Positions 48,604 to 58,589 of a stretch of DNA of 62,182 bases are shown in pieces. Every line of letters begins with the position of its first letter. Position 1 is the stretch's first letter. The notes under the pieces are model-generated. The model did no database searches and was not told where the DNA came from. It saw nothing but the letters and a program-made list of their open reading frames with translations. Position numbers and translations under genes: made by a program. Origin of the DNA: Parcubacteria group bacterium (GTDB lineage: Bacteria; Patescibacteriota; Minisyncoccia; Moranbacterales; UBA2206); NCBI GenBank assembly GCA_041675165.1, contig JBAYUI010000003.1, forward strand, positions 1-62,182. Reading direction: 5' to 3'.

Positions 48604-49557
48604 TTATCCTCTTTTAGTCAACCCCTTCGGAGAAAGTCCGTTCTTTTCCAAGAAATCCCGAAAATCGCTCGGCAGCGGCACTTCCAATCGATATTTTTTA
48701 GTGCCCAGTCCGAACTCCAGCTTCTTGGCATGCAGCATAAGTCTATTCGCGCCGGCGTTGTCAGTGAATTTCTTCTGTGCATATTTTTCATCGCCTACAA
48801 TCGGGTGACCGATAGATGATAAATGCACCCGAATCTGATGCGTCCGTCCCGTCTTGGGAGAAACTTCCAAGAGAGCAAATCTGTCATTTTTTTCCAGCAC
48901 TTCATATTCCGTCACCGCTGCGCGAATCATTGTCCGCGTTTTTCCATTGGCCACTATCTGTTTTTTATAGTTGGCCGCTCGCGCCAGCGGCGCGTCAATC
49001 ACTCCATTTTTTTCCGGTGCGCCATGCACCACCGCCCAGTACTTTTTTTTCATCTCACGATCTTTGAATTTTTTCTTGAGCGACAAGAATGTTTCTTGGT
49101 TCCTCGCCACCACCAGAATGCCACTAGTGCCAAGGTCCAAGCGATGGACTATTCCAGGGCGGATCGCCGGCGCATCCCCGACCTTTTCAATTTCCGGAAA
49201 TTTGTCCAAAAGGCCATTGACCAAAGTGTCCTTTTCATTCCTTGCGCTCGGATGGACTTGCAAGCCGGCCGGCTTATCTACGACAATGATATTCTCATCC
49301 TGACTGATAATGCCAAACCTTACCTTTTCATTCGGTAAAATTCTATTTTCTTTTTCTGCGATATCCATTGCGATTTCGTCGTTCTCCTTGAGCACATAAC
49401 TGGGCTTTATCTTTTTTCCATTTACTAGGATCTTCCCGTCTTTTATCTGGCGGATGATTTCTCCGCGTGTCATTTCCATATTCAAAAAAATTTCCTCTTT
49501 CAGGAATTTATCAATTCTTTGTTTTGCATTTTTTTTGAAAATGATTATTTTTTCCAT
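48604..49557 (-). CDS. rluD: RluA/RluD-family pseudouridine synthase with S4 domain
   Basis: RIDKFL S4 domain; VDKPAGL; IVHRLDLGTSG; KTGRTHQIRVH; IVGDEKY. Confidence 0.9.
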   Translation of the reverse strand: MEKIIIFKKNAKQRIDKFLKEEIFLNMEMTRGEIIRQIKDGKILVNGKKIKPSYVLKENDEIAMDIAEKENRILPNEKVRFGIISQDENIIVVDKPAGLQVHPSARNEKDTLVNGLLDKFPEIEKVGDAPAIRPGIVHRLDLGTSGILVVARNQETFLSLKKKFKDREMKKKYWAVVHGAPEKNGVIDAPLARAANYKKQIVANGKTRTMIRAAVTEYEVLEKNDRFALLEVSPKTGRTHQIRVHLSSIGHPIVGDEKYAQKKFTDNAGANRLMLHAKKLEFGLGTKKYRLEVPLPSDFRDFLEKNGLSPKGLTKRG

Positions 49558-49654
49558 GATAGTATAAAAAATGAGAAACACTTACACACTACCTATCCTC
49601 GTTATTGGCGTGAGCATCATACTCACACCAATAATATCACTCATTACAGGATAT

Positions 49655-51091
49655 CTAGACATTCTTAAATTTTCTTTCATAATCAAGCTCCATAGAATAA
49701 GGGAACTCTTCGTAGCTGTATAGGCAAATATTCTTCGGGCCTTTGATATATTTTTCAATGGCTTCTGAAAATTTATTTTTCAAAGCATCATCCGGTGTGA
49801 TATTTTTCCTTAGCTGGATCTCAATTTTGAATTTGTCATCCCCCACACTCAACCTGAAATAGCCTGTGGTTGCCCCAGCCAGTTCAAAATTTTCATAGAT
49901 ACCTTGCTTGATCTCTTCCGGTGATGCAGAAAAATTTCCTATCCGGAGCGTTTTTTCATTCCGGCCGCCCAAAATGACTAGCGGCAATTTCAACTCCGGT
50001 GCCAGATGTACATATCCATTATCTTCCAATATTTTTTTCAATTCATCATAACTCATCAGACTCCCATTATCCTTGATATTATAACGCATAAGCGGCGTCA
50101 GCAGGGTTGGGCTGAGCATGGAAAAAACCAGCTCCGGCTTTCCTCCCGGTTCACTGACAGTTTCAATATATGACCTGTGCGGATAATAATGAAAGATGTT
50201 CGGGCAAACCTCCACTCCTTCTCCGAACAAGGCATAACGCAATTTTTTGTCTTTTTGCGCCGCCTGCCTGATCATGATGGACTGGACAGACTCATGGAAC
50301 AGATTCAACTCCAATTCAGCCGAACCGAAAGTGATTGCCACCAGCCCCTCTTCGCGCTTCATATTTTCCGATCCCAACAGATGGCAAAGATATCCTCGCA
50401 TGCTTTCTGAAATCCAATCCTCACCCATAATGATGTGCACGCAATGTTTTTTCCAGTCGATTCCCTGCTCAATGCCTTCTTCAAGGAGATTCTTGATCAC
50501 ATGCGGGTCACTGATGAAAATGACTTGGTCGAATTCCGGGATGATCTTTTTGAATATCGCCAGAGCCATATCAAGCCTGACACTCGTATCGGCATATTTC
50601 AAACTGGTCGGAACCCGCACGCCCATCGGCAAACAATTCATAAGGAAAGTTTTTCTATTGGATATATCAAAGGCATAGTCCAACGCCGTGTCGATCGAGC
50701 GTTCTGCTTTTTTCAGATTCTCTTCCGTATTCAAGCCGAAAGAAAACACCCCGGAAAACCCGGAGCTGGTCATAACACTCTTCACCTCTTCCGTCGAAGC
50801 GTCCAAGCAATAGTCCTTCAATTCATTTTGCGGAAAAATATCAGTCTTGCAAACGATCGGCACAAATTTCTTGAATGTTTCCAGATCCTTCACTTTTTCC
50901 AGATCAACTTTTTTGTCCTGCAAAAACTTTGCATAAGCCGGCAAATGCCTAGCCGCTCGCAAAAAAGCCGGCACTACCATATCTTCTCCATATTTGACTA
51001 TCCGACTCGGTTCGGTCTGAGTAAGGATTTTAATCGTTTTCCTTCTCAACCATTTTTCATAATTGGCTTTGATTTTTTTTGTGATTTTCAT
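49655..51091 (-). CDS. Phenylacetate-CoA-ligase (PaaK)-like adenylate-forming enzyme
   Basis: PAYAKFL, FVPIVCKTD, TSSGFSG P-loop-like motif, FGSAE, PLMRYNIKD, GGR; start placed at MKITKK, 5 nt after the upstream stop. Confidence 0.72.
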   Translation of the reverse strand: MKITKKIKANYEKWLRRKTIKILTQTEPSRIVKYGEDMVVPAFLRAARHLPAYAKFLQDKKVDLEKVKDLETFKKFVPIVCKTDIFPQNELKDYCLDASTEEVKSVMTSSGFSGVFSFGLNTEENLKKAERSIDTALDYAFDISNRKTFLMNCLPMGVRVPTSLKYADTSVRLDMALAIFKKIIPEFDQVIFISDPHVIKNLLEEGIEQGIDWKKHCVHIIMGEDWISESMRGYLCHLLGSENMKREEGLVAITFGSAELELNLFHESVQSIMIRQAAQKDKKLRYALFGEGVEVCPNIFHYYPHRSYIETVSEPGGKPELVFSMLSPTLLTPLMRYNIKDNGSLMSYDELKKILEDNGYVHLAPELKLPLVILGGRNEKTLRIGNFSASPEEIKQGIYENFELAGATTGYFRLSVGDDKFKIEIQLRKNITPDDALKNKFSEAIEKYIKGPKNICLYSYEEFPYSMELDYERKFKNV

Positions 51092-51096
51092 ATTTT

Positions 51097-51993
51097 TTAT
51101 TTCATCATCTTGGTAGCCATCTCCGCCAACGTCACATATGAACTCTGGCACTTTTTTTCCATCATATCAGTAAAATTAGTCGCAAAGATTTTCTCCTTCA
51201 ACTCATCGCTGATTTCCAAATCTTTAATCAGTTCAACAAAAGTTTTCATCGTATGGATCTCGCCCGTAAATGACATCGGATAATCGGTCCCGAAAATTAT
51301 CTTATTCTCCCCGATCCGCTTAATCATATTCTCATTCAAAATCTCTTTCAGCTCATATGGATAGGCGGCAGTATCGATATATACATTTGGATTTTTTTCC
51401 ACCACCATAAAAGCCTCATTCTGCCACAAAGTGCCCAGATGAGTCAGGACAATTTTCAGGTCAGGAAACTTGACCGCCACTTCATCAAGGAGCAGTGGAT
51501 TAGCCTGATCCAATCGGCACATCGCCCCAAAGGGCGTGGTTCCTACATGGAAAACGACTGGAATGCCAAGCTCTTGCGCTTTTTCATAGACCGAAAAAAC
51601 CGCTTCATCATTGGGATAAAAATTTTGCAGTGGCGGATGGAGCTTTAATCCCTTAAGCCCTAGCTCGGTTACGGCTTTTTCCAAAACCTCTGCTGCATCT
51701 TTTTCTTTTGGATCAACTGAAGCGAAACCGATGAATCTATCCGGATATTTCTGGCAAAGTCCAGCCACCATTTCATTGGAACAATACACCATCGGCGCTT
51801 CGACCGCAAAAAGAACCGTCTTTTCGATCCCCGCTTCATCCATCTGTCTTATCACTTCCTCTTCATTGAGGAGCGGCAAAAGCCGACTAAGGTCGCCCAT
51901 GACAGAAATTCCGTCCGCCAGCTTAAGATCCGGATATTTATTGACCATCCCCATCAGGTCGATCAAATGCACATGGGAATTGATAATTTTCAT
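51097..51993 (-). CDS. Amidohydrolase_2 family metal-dependent hydrolase/decarboxylase
   Basis: HVH, GLKLHP, FHVG, THLG, YIDTA, FGTDYP. Confidence 0.9.
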   Translation of the reverse strand: MKIINSHVHLIDLMGMVNKYPDLKLADGISVMGDLSRLLPLLNEEEVIRQMDEAGIEKTVLFAVEAPMVYCSNEMVAGLCQKYPDRFIGFASVDPKEKDAAEVLEKAVTELGLKGLKLHPPLQNFYPNDEAVFSVYEKAQELGIPVVFHVGTTPFGAMCRLDQANPLLLDEVAVKFPDLKIVLTHLGTLWQNEAFMVVEKNPNVYIDTAAYPYELKEILNENMIKRIGENKIIFGTDYPMSFTGEIHTMKTFVELIKDLEISDELKEKIFATNFTDMMEKKCQSSYVTLAEMATKMMK

Positions 51994-52019
51994 ATACTTG
52001 TAAATTAAATTATTAATTA

Positions 52020-52823
52020 TTAAGACTTTGGAATCTTATGGGTAAATGGATCATAAACATAAAAGTCAGGCGCCCAAGCGATCTTTCCCCATCTCAAAAT
52101 GACCTTGATCGTTTCCAGACTCATCGCACAGGATGTTTGCCAGACTAAAGGAGCGAAAGAAGGATTTTCATTGGCCATTATCCGCTTGATTGCTTCTCCA
52201 TTATAATAAGCTGACAGTCCCTCTATTTTCAACAGGCTTTTCAACATTGCGAAACTAGCAGCATTGAATTCTTCCTCGGATATTTCAGTCACTTTCTTGC
52301 CTGCAGTAGGAAGATCATATTCAGTTTCCAAATCATTGGTGTTTTCTCCAAAAACCCTGACATTAGTGAAAGGAATCGCCCAACCCTCCACCAATGGAAT
52401 TTTCATCTCTGCTGCCTTCCGACCGATAATAATGACCGGCTTCGCTTTATCGATGGCCAAAACCGCCACGTCGCATCCGGAAAATATACTCCCGATATTT
52501 TCCTCATCTAAATGATCATACTTCTCCAAAATCAACTCCGAGTTGATATCTTTTAAAAATTTTTCAGCCACATCAATCTTATCCTCTCCGAGAGTGGACC
52601 GGAAAGAAAAAACATCTCTATTCAGATTAGTGGCCTCCAATTTGTCATTATCGATTATTTTGATCTTCCCGATGCCGGAGCGGACTAACAGCTCAGCTAC
52701 AACTTCTCCGAGACCGCCCATCCCGAAAACTGCCACGCAAGAATTTTTCAATTTTTCCTGTTGTGTTTTTGTAATTACCCCGATATTCCGATTAGTCAGT
52801 TGGGCATAAAGTTCGTCTTCCAT
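52020..52823 (-). CDS. ThiF/E1-like adenylyltransferase family protein
   Basis: VAVFGMGGLGE, RSGIGKIKIIDND.LEATNLNR, K.DVA..FLKDIN, AID; no CxxC pairs. Confidence 0.88.
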   Translation of the reverse strand: MEDELYAQLTNRNIGVITKTQQEKLKNSCVAVFGMGGLGEVVAELLVRSGIGKIKIIDNDKLEATNLNRDVFSFRSTLGEDKIDVAEKFLKDINSELILEKYDHLDEENIGSIFSGCDVAVLAIDKAKPVIIIGRKAAEMKIPLVEGWAIPFTNVRVFGENTNDLETEYDLPTAGKKVTEISEEEFNAASFAMLKSLLKIEGLSAYYNGEAIKRIMANENPSFAPLVWQTSCAMSLETIKVILRWGKIAWAPDFYVYDPFTHKIPKS

Positions 52824-53007
52824 ATTTTTTTGTTAATTTGATTTAAAAAAAAACAACAAGACAATATCCTACACTTTTTATTATATGACTTTTGTCCCTA
52901 TTTGCCTAGTCCACTTTTAAATACGCCGTATGCGAAACAAGCCTCAGCTGCGCCCCAATGGCAACATAAAAACCGGCAAACGCCGGCCTGCTTGAGTTAC
53001 ATTATAG

Positions 53008-53091
53008 TGCCTTGGGGGAGACTCGAACTCCCAATCCCTTGCGAGAACATGCTCCTGAAGCATGCGCGTATACCAATTCCGCCACCAAGGC
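53008..53091 (-). tRNA. tRNA-Leu(CAG)
   Basis: CATGC-TTCAGGA-GCATG; variable arm. Confidence 0.96.
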
Positions 53092-53300
53092 AATATCTAT
53101 TTCTTATCGTTCATCTTGTGCAAAAAATGGTCTGATTTTCGAATTTGCGACCTTTCTACAATCTACCCTAACATAGAATTTTATTTAGAACAAATAACGG
53201 AATTAATACGGGAGTAGGATTGGTTAATTAAATAAAAAAGCCTGCAAGATTCTCAATCTTGAACAGGCTATTTGAATTTGAAAATGATATTTCAATAATT

Positions 53301-53783
53301 TTAAATTTCCATCTGTTCTGCTTGGATGCGCCGGTCTTTTTCCAACTGAACCAGCATATTAAGGTTTGTCAGGACGATTTCAGCGATGGCTTCATCTGCC
53401 CAGGCTTTGGCACCTGAAGCAGATGCTCCGCCTATGCCTGCGCGATAGGCACCACCGGCATATAAGAAGTCCCCCTCTTCTAATAGAGCTGGGTAGAGAG
53501 CCACAATGACGCTGGTGTTCATCCGATGTTTCATTACCACATCAAGTTTTCTGGCGGCAATATTTAAGAAATCTTCCGGCTTTCTCCATTTGGGATCCCA
53601 TTCAGCATTCTCTTCCGCATCAAAGCGAAAGCGGATTATTTCTCCCAATCCGTAGGCCCTGACGTATCCGCCAACTGATTTGGGTCCCTAGATTGCACCT
53701 TCCACTCGCAATATTGCGCTTGCGGAATGCTGTGCCAACATGATTGCGTGCAGAACTAATGTTCTAGTGATAATCTTGCTCAT
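53301..53783 (-). pseudogene. GlcG/HbpS-like (heme-binding fold) gene interrupted by one in-frame TAG at 53688-53690
   Basis: ORFs 53688-53885 and 53301-53648 share a frame; SD aaggag before MSKII; C-terminal GGA...GIGGASASGA...DEAIA. Confidence 0.6.
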
Positions 53784-53820
53784 CCTTTTCTCCTTGTTAA
53801 TTTGGGTTTTTATATTACTA

Positions 53821-54411
53821 TTAAGCACATCTCCTTTTAATAAAGCGGAAGGCCTTGCGATATATCCGCTCATTCGTATAGCCAAATTCTTCGTCTGGTG
53901 GCATTTGCTCTTCGGAAAACCACTCCATAGAACCCATTTGGCTATAGGAAGGCACTTCGCCTAAAATCTGGATAAGATAGACCGGTCCGACATTATGCTC
54001 TTTGCCGGGATCTTGCATCCACTGATTGTCTGGTTTTTCTTTTCGATACTGCGTTACATCAAAGGGTGATTCGGCAATTTCAATTTCCACTCCGAAGTCT
54101 TCGCGAAAATGTCTTTTAAGAGCGTCCTTCGTACTTTCTCCTTTGGCAATTGTTCCGCCTTCCAGAACAAGCTTATCCGGATAGGCACCTGAGTTGCGGC
54201 GAATAGCCATCAACTCAATCTTACCTTTTGCATTGTGTTTGTAGGGTATGCCGTCGACACAAACTGTCGCTCCTAAAACCTTACGCAGTTCAAATGCTGG
54301 TGAAATCAACAACCCATGATTTTCTTCTAAGAAAAGCTCAGTTTGTCTTGCAATCAAAGCTTCAATGAGTACTTCAATCGGAATCGTGCTCAAACTATTT
54401 TTCATTTGCAA
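53821..54411 (-). CDS. NUDIX-fold hydrolase
   Basis: GGTIAKGESTKDALKRHFREDFG degenerate Nudix box. Confidence 0.85.
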   Translation of the reverse strand: MQMKNSLSTIPIEVLIEALIARQTELFLEENHGLLISPAFELRKVLGATVCVDGIPYKHNAKGKIELMAIRRNSGAYPDKLVLEGGTIAKGESTKDALKRHFREDFGVEIEIAESPFDVTQYRKEKPDNQWMQDPGKEHNVGPVYLIQILGEVPSYSQMGSMEWFSEEQMPPDEEFGYTNERIYRKAFRFIKRRCA

Positions 54412-54668
54412 CCTCCTGCCTTTTAGGCTTAATTTATCTTATTTACAAGCTATTTATTGTTAAAAAAACTGATTCTGTAGTCTATAGAAGTTTAAGCCTT
54501 GTGTCAAACGAAATTACAGTTAAATTACAGTTCGAGTCCTGTTCTTATATTAAAAATAAAGACTCAAAAAAGGCATCTGGAATGCCTTTTATTTTTTATT
54601 TTCGAACCGCTAGTCAGGGCTTTGCAAAGGCCTAAGCTAACAATAAAGAAAACTGTCGTCCTGCTAGG

Positions 54669-54752
54669 TGCCCAGAAGAGGACTCGAACCTCCAATCCTT
54701 TTCAGGAACCAGTTCCTAAGACTGGCGCGTATACCAATTCCGCCATCTGGGC
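54669..54752 (-). tRNA. tRNA-Leu(TAG)
   Basis: CCAGT-CTTAGGA-ACTGG; variable arm. Confidence 0.96.
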
Positions 54753-54762
54753 ATTTATCTTT

Positions 54763-55056
54763 TTATCCTAGAATCGCTTTCAACCTTCGCACTTCTTCGG
54801 CCAACGCCCCCGTATTTTCATATTCACCATGATGACGCGTATCCTCACCATAGGTTTCCTTTTTCGCGTCCAGATGGATATTGATCTTCATATCCATGCC
54901 ACTCATTTTAACATACATATGGAACCGCGGATAACCTGAAGCACCAAATGGTTTCACAAAACTCATTTCCTCCCCTTCGTTCCGCTGAAAAGAATAGCCG
55001 AGCCTACGCAGCGCGTTAACAGGATTTTCTTTGATATTTTTAACTTCAATTACCAT
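54763..55056 (-). CDS. Conserved CPR-type hypothetical protein
   Basis: LRRLGYS, SGYPRFHMY, NIHLD...Y....HHGEY; follows folD. Confidence 0.6.
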   Translation of the reverse strand: MVIEVKNIKENPVNALRRLGYSFQRNEGEEMSFVKPFGASGYPRFHMYVKMSGMDMKINIHLDAKKETYGEDTRHHGEYENTGALAEEVRRLKAILG

Positions 55057-55912
55057 ATTTTCGTATTTCGTAAAACATCTTAGCCGCCGCAACTGTGTTT
55101 TTCATCAGCATCGCAATCGTCATCGGTCCCACCCCGCCCGGCACCGGTGTAATAGCACCCGCCACCTCGGAAACTTTTTCAAAATCAACATCGCCCGCCA
55201 ACTTCCCATCCTCGCCACGGTTGATTCCGACATCCACAACAACTGCTCCTTGTTTTATCATATCTGCCGTAATTAGTCCAGCCCGACCAACCGCCGCAAC
55301 CAAGATATCTGCCTGTTTAGCGACTACGGCCAAGTTTTTGGTTTTCGAATGAGCGATCGTCACCGTTGCATTTTCCTTGAGCATCATAACAGCCAAAGGC
55401 TTTCCTACGATATTGCTTCTTCCGACAATAACCACGTTTTTCCCCGAAATTTCAATTTCATATCTTTTCAGCATTTCCATTATTCCAGCCGGCGTGCAAG
55501 GCAAAAATATAGGCTCGCCCAAAAACATCCGCCCCACATTTTCTGGATGGAAACAATCGACGTCTTTTTTCGGAGAAATAGCCGAAATAATTTTTTGTGG
55601 ATCGAGGTGCGCCGGCAAAGGCAACTGCACTAGGATTCCATGGATTTTCTCATCCGCGTTCAATTTCGCAATCAAAGCCAGAATTTCTGCTTCTTTGACA
55701 TCTTCATCCAATCGATGCACTTCAGAAAAAATCCCCAGACTCTCGCAAGCTCGTTCTTTGTTGCGCACATAGATCTGAGAAGCCGCGCTTTTCCCTGCCA
55801 GAATCACTGCCAATCCGGGAACAACTCCTTCTTTTTTCATTTCTGAAATTTCCAGCCTGAGTTCCACCCTCATCTCTTCCGCTATTTTTTTCCCATCCAA
55901 AATTTTTATCAT
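55046..55912 (-). CDS. folD: Methylenetetrahydrofolate dehydrogenase/cyclohydrolase
   Basis: ILDGKKIA, HGILVQLPLP, KDVDCFHP, PCTPAG, GRSNIVGKP, PVPGGVGPMT. Confidence 0.98.
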   Translation of the reverse strand: MIKILDGKKIAEEMRVELRLEISEMKKEGVVPGLAVILAGKSAASQIYVRNKERACESLGIFSEVHRLDEDVKEAEILALIAKLNADEKIHGILVQLPLPAHLDPQKIISAISPKKDVDCFHPENVGRMFLGEPIFLPCTPAGIMEMLKRYEIEISGKNVVIVGRSNIVGKPLAVMMLKENATVTIAHSKTKNLAVVAKQADILVAAVGRAGLITADMIKQGAVVVDVGINRGEDGKLAGDVDFEKVSEVAGAITPVPGGVGPMTIAMLMKNTVAAAKMFYEIRKYGN

Positions 55913-55926
55913 TTTTTTATTATTAT

Positions 55927-56072
55927 TTTATTGCTAGTGATTTTTTAAAAAATTCCTGTCTGAGAAAGTTTATTTTTTCCAAAATTATTTTGTTCAGCCG
56001 TCGGTCGTCAAAATTATTTTGGATAAAAAATAAGCTTTCGAGTTAATTTTTTAAAAAATCACTAGCAATAAA
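55927..56072. repeat. 146-nt palindromic element E1 between fhs and folD
   Basis: Perfect 28-bp terminal inverted repeat (55927-55954 / 56045-56072), inner stem, and loop motifs shared with E2. Confidence 0.85.
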
Positions 56073-56074
56073 GC

Positions 56075-57745
56075 TTAAAACAAGCCGGAAATTTTCCCTT
56101 CCTCGTTCACATCGATCTTTTCCGCCGCCGGAACTTTTGGTAAACCGGGCATCGTCATAATATCGCCCGCCAAAGCTACGATGAATCCCGCTCCATTGGA
56201 AATGCGCAACTCCGAAATCGTCAGCGTGAAACCTTTCGGCCGCCCGAGCAGTTTCGGATTGTCCGACAGAGAATATTGGGTCTTCGCGATACAGATCGGC
56301 AATTTATCCAATTTATCTTGCTGCAATTTTTCCATTTGTCTCACCGCCTTCGTGCTAAATTCCACTTTGCTCGCGCCATAGACATGCTGCGCGATCGCCT
56401 CTACCTTATTTTTGATATGTTGAGTTTCGCTGTAGGTGAATTTGAAATTGGAACGCTTCTTTTCCAAAGTTTCCAAAACCGCGCGCGCCAAGTCTTCTCC
56501 GCCCGCCCCGCCTTTTTCCCAGACCCGTGACACCGCGCACACCGCGCCTGATTTTTTAACCGCTTCTTCTAAAAATTTTAATTCCTTTTTCGTATCTGTT
56601 GGAAAAACATTGATGGCCACCACCACGGGCACGCCAAAACGTTTCAGGTTCTCAATATGTTTTTCCAAATTAGGCATTCCTCTTTTCAAAAAGACTGTGC
56701 TCGGCAGAGGCAAAGACTCCTTATCCATCCCGCCATTATACTTCAAGGCGCGCACCGTGGCAGTGAGCACCACTGCGTCCGGCTTGAGTTTAGCCGCGCG
56801 GCATTTAATGTTGAAAAATTTTTCCGCCCCGAGATCCGCCCCGAACCCCGCTTCCGTGATAAGATAGTCTCCCAGTTTCAAGCCATAGCGGGTCGCTAGA
56901 ACACTATTACATCCATGCGCGATATTGGCAAATGGTCCGCCATGCACCAAAACCGGCGTGTGTTCCAAAGTTTGCACCAAATTCGGCTTGATCGCATCTT
57001 TGAGCAATGTCGCCAGCGCTCCGATCACTTTCAATTCACGCGCAAACACAGGCTTGTTCTCAAAATTATATCCGACAATGATTTTCTCCAATCTTTTTTT
57101 GAGATCATTGATATTTTCCGCGAGGCACAGTATGGCCATAATCTCCGAAGCCACCGTAATGTTGAAACCGTCCTCCCGCGGCACGCCGTTAGTTTTTCCA
57201 CCGAGGCCCACCACAATTTCCCGCAATGCCCGGTCATTCAGATCCATTGCGCGCTTCCAAAGGATCCTTTGTGGATCAATTCCAAGAGCATTGCCATGAA
57301 AAATATGATTATCAATCACCGCCGAAAGCAAATTATTAGCCGTGGTAATGGCGTGCAGGTCCCCCGTGAAATGCAGATTGATATCCTCCATCGGCATCAC
57401 TTGTGAAAATCCGCCGCCGGCCGCGCCGCCTTTCATCCCCATACACGGCCCGAGTGACGGTTCCCGGATGGCCAGCATGGCCTTTTTCCCCAGTCTCCTC
57501 ATCGCCATCGCGAGACCAATAGAAGTCGTCGTCTTGCCCTCACCGGCTGGCGTCGGATTGATGGCCGTGACCAAAATCAGTTTTCCGTCTTTATTCTTTT
57601 TGATCCGCTCCCACAGCTCCGGCTTGAGTTTTGCCTTATACTCTCCATATAACTCCAATTCTTTTTCATCTATTCCAGCCATACCAGCAAGTTCTTTAAT
57701 ATTCTTCATCTTCGCCCCCTGTGCAATTTCAATATCAGTCTTCAT
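56075..57745 (-). CDS. fhs: Formate--tetrahydrofolate ligase
   Basis: [64 protein letters not shown]. Confidence 0.98.
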   Translation of the reverse strand: MKTDIEIAQGAKMKNIKELAGMAGIDEKELELYGEYKAKLKPELWERIKKNKDGKLILVTAINPTPAGEGKTTTSIGLAMAMRRLGKKAMLAIREPSLGPCMGMKGGAAGGGFSQVMPMEDINLHFTGDLHAITTANNLLSAVIDNHIFHGNALGIDPQRILWKRAMDLNDRALREIVVGLGGKTNGVPREDGFNITVASEIMAILCLAENINDLKKRLEKIIVGYNFENKPVFARELKVIGALATLLKDAIKPNLVQTLEHTPVLVHGGPFANIAHGCNSVLATRYGLKLGDYLITEAGFGADLGAEKFFNIKCRAAKLKPDAVVLTATVRALKYNGGMDKESLPLPSTVFLKRGMPNLEKHIENLKRFGVPVVVAINVFPTDTKKELKFLEEAVKKSGAVCAVSRVWEKGGAGGEDLARAVLETLEKKRSNFKFTYSETQHIKNKVEAIAQHVYGASKVEFSTKAVRQMEKLQQDKLDKLPICIAKTQYSLSDNPKLLGRPKGFTLTISELRISNGAGFIVALAGDIMTMPGLPKVPAAEKIDVNEEGKISGLF

Positions 57746-57795
57746 AAAATTATTATTATAAGATTACATTTCACCCCTCTTCCCTATTCCTCTAA

Positions 57796-57938
57796 GTGTT
57801 TTGTAAAATTTATTTTTTAATTCCTGTTTGAGAGCGCGGATTTTTTCTAAAATTTTCCGTACCAGCCGTCGACTTATGAAAATTTTAGCAAAAAAATGCG
57901 CGCTCGAGTTCAATTAAAAAATAAATTTTACAAAACAC
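57796..57938. repeat. 143-nt palindromic element E2 upstream of fhs
   Basis: Perfect 27-bp terminal inverted repeat (57796-57822 / 57912-57938); cctgtttgag, cagccgtcg and tcgagtt motifs as in E1. Confidence 0.85.
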
Positions 57939-57941
57939 GAT

Positions 57942-58589
57942 TCACACCACCTCCCGCCACACCTTCCTCAAAATATCTTTTACTTTTTCATTTTGGCGCA
58001 ATTCCCGCACGCTCGCCATAATCCCATCCACCTCTTTCAGTAGTCCTGGTTGCTTGATCAGAAAAGTCCTGATGCTTTTGTCATCCGGTTTCTTTTCGAT
58101 GTATCTCGCAATCATGGCATACCACAGATAGAAGCTGGCTGGATCAAAATCCAATCCGGTTTCGGCCAATGGCGGATTGTTGAAATAATTGACCAGCTTC
58201 TCCCAATTATTATATTCGTCATAGACCAACTCGTCTTCCAGATCTTTCGCAGGCTGATTATATACATCCGTCGTATGAGGCAATTCGTAAAACTTATATT
58301 CATTCAAAATATCCTCCCGGCGCATATCACAATACAGATGGAACTTCCAGCCGGCGCGAAAAGATGACAACCCGGCAAAATTCAGATCGAGCGGATCAAA
58401 ACACAAATGTGTGTCCCGTCTTTTTATCGTGGCATCAATCCGGCGCATATCCGGGAAAACACAGCCCAACAAAAATTCTTCCTTGTCTAACCGGATTGCA
58501 CATTCAACTTTCCCAGCTTCCAGCTGCTCAAAATATCTTTTAGCATAGACAATATGTGAAATTTGCGAAGCCATAAACTTTTCTTCCAT
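57942..58589 (-). CDS. Hypothetical putative zinc-binding hydrolase
   Basis: N-terminal HIVYA, LLGCVFPD, GWKFHLYCD pattern recalls phospholipase C/HD-like metalloproteins; start uncertain. Confidence 0.55.
   Translation of the reverse strand: MEEKFMASQISHIVYAKRYFEQLEAGKVECAIRLDKEEFLLGCVFPDMRRIDATIKRRDTHLCFDPLDLNFAGLSSFRAGWKFHLYCDMRREDILNEYKFYELPHTTDVYNQPAKDLEDELVYDEYNNWEKLVNYFNNPPLAETGLDFDPASFYLWYAMIARYIEKKPDDKSIRTFLIKQPGLLKEVDGIMASVRELRQNEKVKDILRKVWREVV

Noticed and set aside
49571-49723. 50-aa hydrophobic + strand ORF (MRNTYTLPILVIG...) as a type I toxin
   Set aside because: It overlaps the ligase 3' end antisense, has no SD and no antitoxin-like RNA; unsupported.
53688-53690. Genome-wide stop-codon reassignment
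   Set aside because: TAA, TAG and TGA all terminate clear genes in the window and core genes have no internal stops; only one isolated TAG was seen.
55927-57938. E1/E2 as known THF or ZTP riboswitches, integron attC sites, hammerhead ribozymes or 6S RNA
   Set aside because: The known consensus cores (for example ZTP GACUGGCG/CGCCUGGG, attC RYYYAAC..GTTRRRY, CUGANGA..GAAA) are not present; kept as an unassigned element.
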